A stretch of 62,298 nucleotides of DNA, the filler included, from Globobulimina sp. (lineage: Eukaryota), in assembly GCA_003354225.1 (NCBI GenBank). It is 28 parts of 28 records of this genome, joined end to end, with 100 filler letters (N's around TTAATTAATTAA, not from the genome) between each part and the next. Parts side by side here need not be neighbours in the genome. Positions count along the whole stretch, not along the records: positions 37,898 to 40,025 come from PIVH01008779.1; positions 40,126 to 42,253 come from PIVH01008780.1; positions 42,354 to 44,481 come from PIVH01008781.1; positions 44,582 to 46,709 come from PIVH01008782.1; positions 46,810 to 48,936 come from PIVH01008783.1; positions 49,037 to 51,163 come from PIVH01008784.1; 22 more parts are not named here. One strand, 5' to 3'. Both the position numbers and the translations under genes were made by a program. This document shows, piece after piece, positions 37,898 through 50,126 of the stretch; position 1 is the stretch's first letter, and the number at the start of each line of letters is the position of its first letter. Under the pieces are notes generated by a model that was not told the DNA's origin, did not search any database, and was given only the letters and a program-made list of their open reading frames with translations.

Positions 37898-39166
37898 TAA
37901 CAGCTCTGTATTAGCGTGTTTATCAGCTATTGACGTTTCTTATCTGTTGTTGTAGTTTTAGGCTATAAAAAAATGTAATCGGGAAGGGGAAGCCCATTTA
38001 TAATCAAACAGGATTTTTGATTGTTAGTCCAGGCCGTATTCAATTTTTGTATATCAATATCTCGATATGGCACCCATTGAAATCCACCACTATCATTGAA
38101 CCAATACCACTTTTTACCATTTAAATTGCTATTTGAAGTTGATGGTTGTTGTTGATTTACATACATTGACACATCGGTTACGAATTTGCTATAATTGTGC
38201 GGTTTGCCACTAGCATTTGAAGAGGCTGACACTATGTGGCTTTGTTGGATTTGTTCCGCAACTATGCTTTGATACTTATTCATGCTCGCAACTGGCTATA
38301 CATTTACACATTATTTGTTGAGTGAAAATGTATCGCAAAATTTCAGCTTGGAAAGTTTGCGAAGCCAAGATGTTAAGATGTAAACTTAAGTAAAGTTTTC
38401 TACTCAAATGAACATTTTCAAAGCGTCGCAAACTGAAGAATGTGCAAGGATATATTTGCAAAGTATATACCTTTGCTGCAACATGTTTTCCCTGAGACTG
38501 ATTATGCATCTTTGTGGCCCATATATTGCATTGTTTTTTTACTTTAGAAAAGGGTCCAGATTTTAATTGATATTTTGAACAGACAGTTTTCATCATTTGC
38601 AGCCCAAATCCTTTCGTTGGTTTATGATTTGCGCTGGAATCGTTTGAAGTGAATGAAGCTAAAAACTGATTCCCATCATAGGATATATCGTGGAAATATT
38701 TTCGTAAATAATTGACAAATTCCCATATTTTGGGGTGTGTGGTATTTTTCTTATTCTGAGTTTCGTCCGTTGCCGATGCCGAAATTAAATGGGATATAAA
38801 CGATAAAATTATGTCATGCCTACTCCACGAAGCTATATTTTGCTGTGTTTGCAATTTTTGTGTTTCTTTGTAAAATAATGATAGCACATATTTTGTCATA
38901 ATGCGAATATGTGCTTTTTCGGATAATTCTGCGAAATTTGATTCTTTTGCAATTAAATCGTTTACTAAGGTTTTGCGATGTGATTTTATATTGATTTTGT
39001 CCACTTGCAAGTAATCGCATTGTTTGACAATTTCTAACTCTTCAAAAGCTTTCACATTTAGAGCCAATTTTGCATTGTAGATTGCGAACAATAATGTAAA
39101 TGGCGTTGGTTTCCTTGTCTCTAATTGCATTCGCTGTGCACTGTGCATGTTTGTGAAGTGAAGCAA
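37898..39166 (-). CDS. Unknown-domain plus WWE-domain protein (likely intron 38296-38470, 3' partial)
   Basis: WWE motif KWYWFND..WVPY..KLNTAW. The N-terminal domain is paralogous to 39214-39942. Confidence 0.65.
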
Positions 39167-39213
39167 TTCGACAGTTTTTTGTAAAACATTTCACCGAAAA
39201 GATTAAAAGAATC

Positions 39214-39942
39214 ATGGCAGCTATTGTTCGAGACCAGAATTTACTGGAAATGCTGTTTGAATTTTATTGTCCACCATCGAAACAACTACAAATCGACGAG
39301 ATAGCTAACTTGACAGTTGATGCTCAATTAGATTTGGTTCAATTTGATCGCATATCGTCAATCACCAAACGTAAAGAATTAACCATCTCATTATATGACA
39401 AATTGCCAGATTTAAAAGCCAGCGCATATAAACGCATACGATTTAAATCCATATTATCATCATTCTATAAAACCTATATCGAATTAGCCTCATCTCCACC
39501 TCAGACATGGTCGAAAACGCAAGTTCCATTGTCATTGTTTGTGTATTTAATCAAAGGGCTACAAAAACCAGATGTCACTGAGAAAGATAAAAAATCTGCT
39601 GTCTCTTCATGGAAATTTGTGCATTTTACACTTAAATATTGCAACGAAGAGTCGTTTGATGGTGAACAGTTACATGTATTTTACAACGATGTCACTAACA
39701 ATGGAACCAAAACTGGTGGTTTTGGACTTAAATTTGTGCAAAAAATCTGTAATAAATATTCCTTAAAATTTGGCAAATTTGCTAAGGTGAAAAAAAAAGT
39801 CGGTGTTTGGTACACTGATTCATTGAAACAAAATATATCTGCTATGGATGACGCCAAGCAAACTGAAAATAAGCAACAAGAAGGGGCCACATTTGCTAGA
39901 ATACAACAAACAAAACCCGTGCAGCCACCGCCAAAAGTTTAG
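39214..39942 (+). CDS. Hypothetical protein, paralog of its divergent neighbour (may continue via an intron)
   Basis: Shares FDGEQL..GFGL..ICNKYSLKFGKFAKVKK..W with 38276-39166. Confidence 0.7.
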   Translation: MAAIVRDQNLLEMLFEFYCPPSKQLQIDEIANLTVDAQLDLVQFDRISSITKRKELTISLYDKLPDLKASAYKRIRFKSILSSFYKTYIELASSPPQTWSKTQVPLSLFVYLIKGLQKPDVTEKDKKSAVSSWKFVHFTLKYCNEESFDGEQLHVFYNDVTNNGTKTGGFGLKFVQKICNKYSLKFGKFAKVKKKVGVWYTDSLKQNISAMDDAKQTENKQQEGATFARIQQTKPVQPPPKV

Positions 39943-40125
39943 CACATTTCACATTTATTGAGTGTGCCTCAAGTTTTTTTTTTTAACATTATGGCTCGAT
40001 CCTGGCAACCTTTTGCTGCCTTATANNNNNNNNNNNNNNNNNNNNNNNNNNNNNNNNNNNNNNNNNNNNTTAATTAATTAANNNNNNNNNNNNNNNNNNN
40101 NNNNNNNNNNNNNNNNNNNNNNNNN

Positions 40126-40518
40126 AATCTTGCCATCCATAATAATCCTGTAAGACTGCTGGAGTCTGGTCAATATGACATGTTTTAAGCATCATTGCAG
40201 TCTCATATTTAAATGTTGTGTCAGAATCGATCTCAAATACATATACTGCCGTAAGTGCCGTTCGTTGAGTGGTCGTCACTATGAATGCATCATTAAATAA
40301 AAAACACCATCTTGGTTTGGCTGTCTTCCCTGTTTAAAATAAAATTAATGTGCATAAATCATATAGTACCAAATTTAATTAAGTGTAAAAATCATACCAA
40401 CGCATAACGGCCCGTCTACAATTAATCTTCTTTTCTCGTTAATTGGAAATGATTCTGGCAGTTTGAATTGTTTCTTCCAATTGGTTTTGGATTTGGGAGT
40501 TTGAGTCATCGACATCAT
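40126..40518 (-). CDS. 5' exons of the PH-ankyrin-SPRY gene (intron 40330-40397); continues at 42253 by circular permutation
   Basis: MMSMTQ..RRLIVDGPLCV|GKTAKPRWCFLFNDAFIV is the first half of a PH domain. Confidence 0.75.
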
Positions 40519-40617
40519 CGAGATATCCACAGTTTGGCACTGTAACTAAAGATAAAGTGTTTTAAATCTACATTTTAAAGTCTACGTACTTTTTTTAGTC
40601 AAAATATCGGATTTAAT

Positions 40618-42253
40618 TCATGAAACCCAAAGCAACATTTGATTTGATACACAAACACCATCGAATGCCGGCCATACTTCAAAACAAATAACTCTCTCAT
40701 CAGGTATGTCCGTGATCGTTTCTGTATTTCCTTTGGAATCTGATATGGTGAAAGTATGTTGTTTCATATTCACCATGATATGAAAGCATATTTCGCCATG
40801 AAATGCGGAGAAACCTGCATCTTTATAGCATCTCTTTTGTCCATTACAGTCAAAATACTCCGTTTGTCTGAAAACACACCGATTATGTTTGCCAGTATGC
40901 ATATGTTGCTCCAAATAGTCATAATAAGTCGCTTCAACTAAACCAACGGAGATATGCGACAATTTCCCCTTTCTATATTCTTTGGATTTATATTTGAAGA
41001 ATGATTCATTGGATTTATTTGAAGAATTCAAACTGCCAAAGTAGCCAAACGTAGAATTTCTGTCATGTTCTTGTAATTTTACAGTGCATTTGAAGCAGAT
41101 GTCGCCTCTAAGTATACTGCCAAATAAAATATTATGATGACATCCCATACCACTTTTCTTGCTGGCAATGGCTATGCTCGTTTCTTTTAATCTTGTTTTG
41201 TCTTCGAAGCAATCGAAGGTGTTCCAATAAATATTATTTTGAAACACAAAATTATCAAAGAATGCAGTATAATTTAAAACTAATCGAAATATGTCCACTG
41301 GAATTGAATTAATATCGATTTTACAAACTTTGCGTATCCAATATTCCACGACTTTATCCACTCCTTGCCAATTATTATATACCTGTTCTTTGTGGGTAAT
41401 AAGATGTAATGGTCTTTTTTTATTATAGCCTTCCGTATTTGGAGAGGCACCATTTTGTAACAATAACATTACACATTGTTCATCACTATTTTTGCAAGCA
41501 ATATGTAGCGCTGTTTCGCCATCGTTACTTTTCGAATCCATATTAAATGTTTCTTCTTTTTCTTCTCCTTTAATACAATTTACATCAATTTTATGCAGAC
41601 ATAATTTGACCATATCGGCATGTTTTCTGTCACAAGCAATATGCAATACATTCCGTCCATTACCATCACAATCACTTATATTAAATTGCGAGCCATAATC
41701 TTCAATAAACGCTGTGTTGTTAACAAAAGCTGCAATATGTAATAAATTATGTCCATAACTATCGTGCACATTACATTGTATTTTCTGTTGTAACTGGTTT
41801 GTTAATACATTATTTGATGTGTATACTGCATTGAATATTGTCCCTTTTCTATATTCATGTTGCCAGCCATAATTTTTATATTCAGACTTTTTATATGAGT
41901 GTATGTTACAGATTGCTGTATGAATATCATTGCACCATTCTTCTTTATCCGATGCTGTATTTGTTGAAAATAATAAATGTTTTGTCTTTGATTTGTAATT
42001 TTCTCCAATTAACACAAATGATGTCTCTAATTTATCATCTTCCTTATCTTTGATTTCCTCATCGCCATTGTTGTTATTTGCAAATGTGATTTTGTTCCAT
42101 AACGAGTCACAAACCTCAGACAATTTATCGATTTAATCTTGCCATCCATAATAATCCTGTAAGACTGCTGGAGTCTGGTCAATATGACATGTTTTAAGCA
42201 TCATTGCAGTCTCATATTTAAATGTTGTGTCAGAATCGATCTCAAATACATAT
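40618..42253 (-). CDS. Second half of PH domain, ankyrin repeats and SPRY-like domain; one in-frame TAA at 42133-42135
   Basis: SFVL..FST..DKEEW (PH C-terminus); GHNLLHIAA, GRNVLHIAC and GETALHIAC ankyrin repeats; beta-rich C-terminus. Confidence 0.8.
42135..42253. repeat. 119-bp exact terminal direct repeat of the contig (identical to 40126-40244)
   Basis: AATCTTGCCATCC...CTCAAATACATAT occurs at both contig ends. Confidence 0.95.
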
Positions 42254-42353
42254 NNNNNNNNNNNNNNNNNNNNNNNNNNNNNNNNNNNNNNNNNNNNTTA
42301 ATTAATTAANNNNNNNNNNNNNNNNNNNNNNNNNNNNNNNNNNNNNNNNNNNN

Positions 42354-42781
42354 CAAATGTCCATTATGTAGATCTTCAATTAATTGTTGGCGGCGAGCAA
42401 AACATTATGAAAGAATTGAAACAGAAATAACTCAACAACTTCAATCAGACACCCAACAAGGTTTGAATTGCTACAATACATTGTAATTCGTACCAATTGC
42501 AACATATAATACATATTAATATATTTAGCAATGCTGTTATCACAAAAAATATTCGAACAAGAAGAGAAACGAAGATCAAGATCGCGACCACGATCAAGAT
42601 CCAGACATAATGAAGGTTTGTTCTTTGATTCTTTTGTCTGATCGATTGAATTAATTTTGACTGTTTTTATTTTAATACATTAGCAAATAATAACGACTCG
42701 GAAAGTGATAGAGATCGTAGTAGATCGAGACAAAGAAATAGCAATAATATCAATAATAACAATAGAAGACATTCCAGATAA
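42354..42781 (+). CDS. 3' exons of a RING-finger protein with an RS/RD-rich tail
   Basis: KCPLCRS at the contig start, then short exons encoding RSRSR-type repeats separated by GT..AG segments. Confidence 0.45.
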
Positions 42782-43139
42782 AATAGAATGTATCAAACCG
42801 CTGATTATTACTTAATTACATACTTAATAATTTATAAACTTATTTTTACATTGTACTTTTTTCCAATTTTCTTTTTTGCTTTTTTATATTCTAATTTTTT
42901 AATGTTTATGCTGTCTTTTTTTCCTGTAAATATAGATTAAAATGTCTTGATACATATTTCCAGTCAGTCGGTCGTGTAAAATCAGACTATTAAATATCGT
43001 TATTTGTGTATACCACCGGCGAAAGGATTTATTTCAGAAATGTTTAATCTAACAACTATATACCGTAGTATTTTTACTCATTAATCAATTCTGCAATCGG
43101 ATTTATCAACACTTTGTTAAACAGTTAGAACTTTCAGCA

Positions 43140-44297
43140 ATGTCAACTTCAGAAGCACATTTAAAATGGGCTGCAGCTGTAGAATGTTATACTGAGCCAC
43201 ATTGGTTTTTTGTTTTTTGTTTTGTGATATTATGGATTACAGCAATAATTGATATAATATTATTATTGGTATCCATACGTTGCATTAAAAAAGAAAACAG
43301 CGCACCAAATACCAAAGAAAGTCGATTTAAGAAATATTTTATTTTTATAATTATATGTTTCATAATATCATGTTTAGGATTTTCCGTAGCTATCACAATA
43401 TCGATAGCTTGTGTTTTTCCAGGAGAATTTAACAAATATCAAGCCGTGGCATTAGTTGGTTTAGTTTTTAATTTTTATGGTTTATCATTTTTATATTTAT
43501 TCATGTTATTTCGTCTAAAATTTATATTTCAAAATACTGTGTTGGAATTATCAAATATTATATTTATTATATTATTTTTAGCGTTCATAATGCAGTGTAT
43601 ATCGACCATATTATCAGCATATTATTTCATGGCAGAGGAATGGCCATGGCCTGATGGTTTAAAATGGTATAATACATTTTTAGTGATTAACATTTGCGGC
43701 TGTTTAGTTATTTTAGTATTATTTTTTAGTAAAATTGTCTTATTAACGAAAGTATCACATCACAGCAATGGCACTAATAACAACGAATTATTATTCTTAG
43801 GTATTAGATATTTAATATTGTGCGGTTTTGCACTATTTTCAACCTCAATCGGTGATGTTATCGGATTCTATCGGAGCGAAATTGAAGATAATATGTTTAT
43901 GTTTATTTTGAATATAAGCTACATGAATGTTGATACAGTTTGTAATATCATTTGTTTATTTTTACAATTTCCATTTGGCAAAGATTTGTATTATAAATAT
44001 TGCTGTTTTGCCGATAAATTATGCCGGATTTGTGTTGCAAAAATGTTAAGAATGGATTTAACAAAAACAAATATATTACAAATTTCAACAGTAAACAGTA
44101 ACAGTGTATTTACATTTACTTCAAAAACTCAATTAGAAAATGAAAGAAATATTGCTGAAAATATTGCAACTGATGAAAAAAATAAAAGTAATGCATATGT
44201 ACCAAAGATAGAATGTGGACAAATGCCGTCCAACAAATCTACCACGTCGACAACCACAACCTCCCCATCTACAAATATAATAATAACAAAAGTATAA
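43140..44297 (+). CDS. GPCR-like seven-transmembrane protein
   Basis: Seven hydrophobic helices, FMLFRL at the end of TM3, DTVCNIICLFLQF in TM7 and a Cys-containing cytoplasmic tail. Confidence 0.75.
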   Translation: MSTSEAHLKWAAAVECYTEPHWFFVFCFVILWITAIIDIILLLVSIRCIKKENSAPNTKESRFKKYFIFIIICFIISCLGFSVAITISIACVFPGEFNKYQAVALVGLVFNFYGLSFLYLFMLFRLKFIFQNTVLELSNIIFIILFLAFIMQCISTILSAYYFMAEEWPWPDGLKWYNTFLVINICGCLVILVLFFSKIVLLTKVSHHSNGTNNNELLFLGIRYLILCGFALFSTSIGDVIGFYRSEIEDNMFMFILNISYMNVDTVCNIICLFLQFPFGKDLYYKYCCFADKLCRICVAKMLRMDLTKTNILQISTVNSNSVFTFTSKTQLENERNIAENIATDEKNKSNAYVPKIECGQMPSNKSTTSTTTTSPSTNIIITKV

Positions 44298-44581
44298 AAA
44301 TATTTTTACAAAATCAACCAAAATAACTGTAATTATCAGATAAAGCAAAAAATAGTATTCTATATATAGTAACAAATATGTTTTTGTACGTCTTGTGTTG
44401 AGTGTAATGTCTTTTTTTGTCTGTCTGAAATGGTGTCTTATTACATTAAAGTATTATTGAATGTCTTTTTGTGCGTGTAATNNNNNNNNNNNNNNNNNNN
44501 NNNNNNNNNNNNNNNNNNNNNNNNNTTAATTAATTAANNNNNNNNNNNNNNNNNNNNNNNNNNNNNNNNNNNNNNNNNNNN

Positions 44582-46031
44582 CTTCCCGCAACTGCTCCAT
44601 TGATATTTGTTTCAATTCATGCAACTTACACTGCGCCGCAATGGCCATTCCAACTGCTTTTATGACCACATTACTCGGATTCTGCACTTTGACAAAATAT
44701 TCTCCCAAACCAGCTAACCAATAATTTGCATTAACCATAACAGCTTTACTTCTTTGACCGTCCCTTCCCGCTCTCCCAATCTGTTGATAGTATTCCTCGA
44801 TTGTGGAAGGTAGCGTTTTATGAATAACCAGGCCAACATTTGCTTTATCAATGCCCATTCCAAACGCACTTGTGGCAGTTATAGTATTTATCTCATTATT
44901 CATGAAACTTTGCTGTATTATCTTTCGCTTTTTATCTGATTTGCCAGCATGATATGCGTTAATATTACCGGCAGGATCCACGTCATTTTCCTCTTCGTCG
45001 TCGTCTGATTCTTCTGCTGCTGGGCCCACGTCATTCTTTTTATCGTTTTTGATGACTTCACAAATTACAGAAACAGTGCGGTTACGCTGTGCGATATGGC
45101 GCATTGTGGAATCTGTTGCTGCTCTCGAACCACAATAAATAATCACAGATCTTTCGCCATTTGTCTCCTTATGAAACTCATTCACGATTTTAACAATTTC
45201 ATCGTCTACAAGTGTCGCAGCAAACCGTTCTTTATAAGCTGGAATATCAACATTTAGAGTCTGCATTAAGATATTGGGCCGATCAAATGATGAAATGTGA
45301 TGTTTACAATCTATTGTATTAATATTTAGCTGCTTTAAAATATCAGTTTGTACTGTTTGTGTTGCCGTAGCTGTACAAGCGATTGTTAGTGGATTGCCAA
45401 AAGTGTGTCGAATATTCGCTAATTGTAAGTAAAATGGACGAAAGCTGTGGCCCCACATCGAAATACAATGGGCTTCGTCCACTGCGAATAACGTAACTTT
45501 GCGATATGTGCGAAGTGAATAAGAAATGCTGTTTGATTTTGATGCTAATAATTCAGGAGAACAGTATAAAATGTCTATTTCACCATTTTTGAGCCTATGT
45601 TGAATTGCCTCTCTTTCGCTTTGTTTCAAGGCACTGTTTATGTATTCAGCATTGATATTATTTTGCTTTAATTTATTGACTTGATCCTCCATTAAGGACT
45701 TCAATGGACATATTACCAAACCAATGGCCTTTTTAATGTTATCATTGTTTGAATTATGCAACTTATTTAACACTAATATTGGAATTTGGAAACAAAGTGA
45801 TTTGCCACCGCCGGTTTGTCGTATTAATAATACATTGTTTCTGTTTAATAAATCAATAATTACTTTCTTTTGATAATGCTGAAAGGATTTATGACCAAAA
45901 TTATGCAATTCTGCTTTTGCTAAACCCAGCAGGATATGATTATTTTTATCAATACGTTGTCTTTTTGGGTGTGGTTCATCGATATCTGATGAACAAAGAG
46001 CATCAATTCCTCTCTTTTGACATTCAGGCAT
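44582..46031 (-). CDS. RecQ-family DNA helicase (3' partial)
   Basis: TGGGKSLCFQIP, PLKSLMEDQV, VDEAHCISMWGHSFRP, TATAT, AYHAG, AFGMGIDK and YYQQIGRAGRDG. Confidence 0.95.
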
Positions 46032-46445
46032 ACGTTTATAATTACTTTAATTTGATGACTGAATTTATAGAAATTAATAATTGTAACTCATAATTAAGAT
46101 GCATGGAATACTTTATTTTTGCAGCTGCATTAAAAATTAATTCAAAATTTCCAGTGCCGTTGTATTTTATAATATATCTTCAAAATAATATTTCTTTAAA
46201 GCGCAACACGAACAAAATGTTACATGATTTAACTTGTTTACATCACTTCGAAAAAAGTTTTCTTCAAAATCTTCAAAACACTAAGAAATCAAAACGACCA
46301 AACTGTTTTTAATCTAACTGAGTATATCGATCGCCGAATGTTAGATTACATTGATTAAGTTGGATAAATAGAGCAAAAAACAGTAAATGAAAGCCGAACA
46401 AAACAAAAAGACAAACAATGAAAGTGCAAGGATGAATAAAAAAAG

Positions 46446-46709
46446 CTAAAATTTGATAACATCAGTATCCAGATTGTCCCTCACGTAGTCATAGTATGAT
46501 TTAGCAGACACACTTTGGAATTGAGATAAACGTTGTCCGGCACTCAACAAATAGCGTCCATCGGTATCCGTGCCATACCATGAAATATATGCACTGAAAT
46601 CACATTTATTGGTTCCAGCCTGACAGTCATCCTGCAATACGGCACAATTTCCCTCAATGCACGTGTCTTCTCCACATGAATAACACCCCTTATCCCATAA
46701 CACTTCATC
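46446..46709 (-). CDS. Cys-rich conserved protein, C-terminal fragment
   Basis: C..C..C..C..CD..YISWYGTD.DG.YL.SAG.R.S.F pattern, open to the contig edge. Confidence 0.55.
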   Translation of the reverse strand, partial: DEVLWDKGCYSCGEDTCIEGNCAVLQDDCQAGTNKCDFSAYISWYGTDTDGRYLLSAGQRLSQFQSVSAKSYYDYVRDNLDTDVIKF

Positions 46710-46809
46710 NNNNNNNNNNNNNNNNNNNNNNNNNNNNNNNNNNNNNNNNNNNNTTAATTAATTAANNNNNNNNNNNNNNNNNNNNNNNNNNNNNNNNNNN
46801 NNNNNNNNN

Positions 46810-48469
46810 TTGTATTTTGTGTAAATGCATTTGTTTTGTTTTGAAATGTAACAAAATATCGCATCATTTTACTGCCACATTTGGCCGCAATGTTATCACA
46901 AATATTTCCAACCGATATTATAAGCGATATGAATCTCATTGACTGCACTTTCAACTCTTCATTCATTTCCGCATAATAACACATTGTATTTACTATTATT
47001 ATTCGCGCAAATCTTAAATATTTTGCTTTCTTAAACTCTTTCAAATTTACTGTTTGCTGACAACAACTGTTCAACAATGAAAATGGTCCAATAAAATCAT
47101 TCATTTTCTCTTTTTTATCTTTCAATGTTTTCAATTTTCTAAATTTTTTCTGTAAATATTTTAAACATAATATCAACCCATTTTTGTCCACAAAGCGGAC
47201 ACAGTATTTCTTATTTTTACACATAAATACGTATAAACGCCGCAACAATTCCTCAGATTCTCTACTTTCTAAAGCAACATCATTCAATGTCGACTCTTCC
47301 AGAAACTTAACAGTTTCGTCCAAAACGCAATCAAAATCTTGCAGCCCCTGTTCATTATCAATATTTTGCAACTCTTGCCGTAATTTGTTAGTTTCCAATT
47401 CCATATTGATTTCACTTAATAACTTCTTCGCCGCGCCATCATTTTTTCTTATTTTCAATGCATTCTCAACATCGCATTTTGCTGCTAAAATATACCTGTT
47501 CTTCAACTGCAATTTCAATGCGTTCGAACGCCGTAAATACGCTTTAAACATTTCAGTGGAAAGCAATTGTTGTTTATCATCATCATATACAATTTTTATC
47601 ATTTCTATAATTAAGGTACAATCCAATATACATTTGTCATATTCACCCAACTTAAAATACATTAATGCCCTGTTCGTATATGCCGCTTTAAAGTCTGTTC
47701 GATGTAAAATAGAGTCGGTGTAATGTTTGATGGCCTGCGCAAAATCAGCTTTTTTATTGCATGCATTGCCTAATTCTTTCTGCTGCATTGCCAAATGTCT
47801 CTGCTTGTCAATGATTTGGTATTTCTCATAAATGCCTTTTGCTCTGTCTTTAAGACCAGCAATTTGATCGGGAATATACCACTTATTTATAACATATGAT
47901 TGAATATCAATTCCTGTGCTGATCCATTGACAATTTTCATCATATTGCAATAAATGCAAACTTGAATCAGCCGCATCACAGACATCGCTGTCTTGGTCTG
48001 ATTCATCAGAATATTCTGCCACATTCTCGTTGTTGATGGAAAGAAGTTGATCGATAAATTGTGTGTTAACAGACTCGTTATTCAATACTAATTTGAGTGG
48101 GAATTTCTTGCGATAGATTTTCCATTTTCTTATATGTTTTTTCATGGTTTCTTCTTCTTTTACAAACTCATCAATTCTTTCTTGTAATTCTTGTTTGCGT
48201 TGTTTTTTGGTGCATAGATCTTTATGTTTTTTGCATTCTGGGCATCGTTCAAGTTTTTGTTCGTCATCAGGATCGATCCATGCTTTCTCGATTTCCATTT
48301 GACAGTGATTGCAATAAATGTAATAGAATGGACTCGACCATCCATCGCCGCGACGCGAACAACCGTAATCACGTTCCATTGCATCGGTTTTCCAGCCTAA
48401 CGAACTGCGAACATATTGTAATTGCTTTTGGATATCATCAAAGTCTTCATTTGAGTTAAAGCCTGCCAT
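46810..48469 (-). CDS. TPR protein, TTC12-like (zinc ribbon, 3 TPR, ARM-like; 3' partial)
   Basis: KELGN..AIKHYT, YTNRAL..LGEY..CILDC and KAYLRRS; N-terminal CxxC..CxxC. Confidence 0.75.
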
Positions 48470-49035
48470 GACTGTCTCTGTCGAAACGATTTAAGGAGAT
48501 AACATAAAATATAACATGTAAAATAACATTGCAATTGTTTGGATTGGATTTCTTGAACTGTTCGATCGTGATATATTTACACTTTTTCTTTTCAGCTATA
48601 GCGAAGGTATGCCATTAGGATAGTATTAGTATAGTTAGCATCTAGAAAATCGTCTTAAACATCAATTGTGGATCAGTAATGATTTGAGTAACATGATATT
48701 TTTAAGTACACGTTGATATAAAACTGCCTTGCACCGTTGCACGTTGATATAAAACTGTTTTGCTAAATATTGCTAATCAACGTTTTCTCTAAAATACCAT
48801 GACCTTCGCTCAGTACCATGGCAACTTTAGGGCGTAAACATACCCTCGGTTTTGTGGGGGGTGACAAGTCCCTCGTAGAATGTGAGTCGCCCACAGACAA
48901 ATTAGTAGGAAAACAACATCAAATATCAATCCACAANNNNNNNNNNNNNNNNNNNNNNNNNNNNNNNNNNNNNNNNNNNNTTAATTAATTAANNNNNNNN
49001 NNNNNNNNNNNNNNNNNNNNNNNNNNNNNNNNNNN

Positions 49036-50067
49036 NTATCTACAAGTTATGTTTGACCATGTTCTGTACTATAATGTACCTGACGTAGTTGGTGTTGCGC
49101 TTGGCGTTGGTGTTTGTGCTGTCGGAGGTGGCGTAGGTGATGTAGTTGGTGACACTGTAGATGGAGAAGATGTAATTGGTGATGTAGTTGGCATCAATAT
49201 TGTAGTTGGTGAAGCTGTAATTGGTGAAGCTGTAATTGGTGAAGCTGTAATTGGTGATGTAGTGGGTGAGAATGTAAATACACAGAGGGTATCTCTACCC
49301 GCTGAGCATAAAGGTGTGGATGCATCCACAATACAGGATTGATTATAAGCAGAACCGCAATGCATATTACCAATGGAATTTACTTGATTTATAACGGTTA
49401 CATCGTTCCAACCATTAACTGCATAAATCTCCATATCAAACATCTGTGAGGTGTCTGGTAGTCCTTCTAAAACACAACTACCAGGCATTGAATTGGTAGG
49501 ACAATACACATGAACCCCGTCACATTCATATTGTTCACTTGTGCATTCTAAATGGAGTGAATTTGAGTTGGATGCATTAATAGACGCACTCTGACATCCC
49601 CTAATTACGCTTTCACAATGAACCAAACAATCTCCGCCATTCTATGTGTTTTTTTTGTTTAGACAATGTACATACTGTATGTACATAATATATTATATAT
49701 GTTTAACTGGACAATGTATATTGCTGAGATCTAACATGTTGTTAGATTCTATTAATGCAGATGCGATGACACTAAGTGATGATGCTTCATGACCGTACAC
49801 TGTAATACCGTGACAAGCACGAAGGCCACTACATTTAATGTTACATTCAAAACCATCTGGACAACGAATGACTGCGTTTTGGCATGCTTCGTAGTCCAAA
49901 GTTCCACACAGTACATTGCAATCTGATCCTGCATCACAATTGAAAATTTCATCTTCGCATTGAGTCCAGGCAGTGCAATTGAAATTACTCCCAGTCAATT
50001 GACAGTTTGCGTGTTTCAGGTATATAGTGGTGGCAAACAATATGTAGATGAGCCAGCAAGCTGCCAT
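49036..50067 (-). CDS. Secreted Cys-rich protein with a PT/TASPI-repeat stalk (intron 49642-49707)
   Basis: Signal peptide, repeated C..C.v.C..aC..i.CP units, and a 15-bp tandem repeat at about 49205-49257. Confidence 0.75.
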
Positions 50068-50126
50068 TATCTTGCTTAGGTTCAGTAGTGAAGTTTTAAT
50101 TATATAAAGAGCGCTTTCTGAACATT

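Noticed and set aside
42133..42135. In-frame TAA as evidence of a ciliate-type genetic code
   Set aside because: TAA terminates many conserved genes here (for example after SKL), and long ORFs contain no other internal TAA or TAG.
48709..48757. Short local duplications (CACGTTGATATAAAACTG x2; similar cases at about 30459-30520, 33122-33147, 36797-36853 and 55748-55812)
   Set aside because: Two or three short copies in intergenic AT-rich DNA, consistent with slippage and with no further structure.
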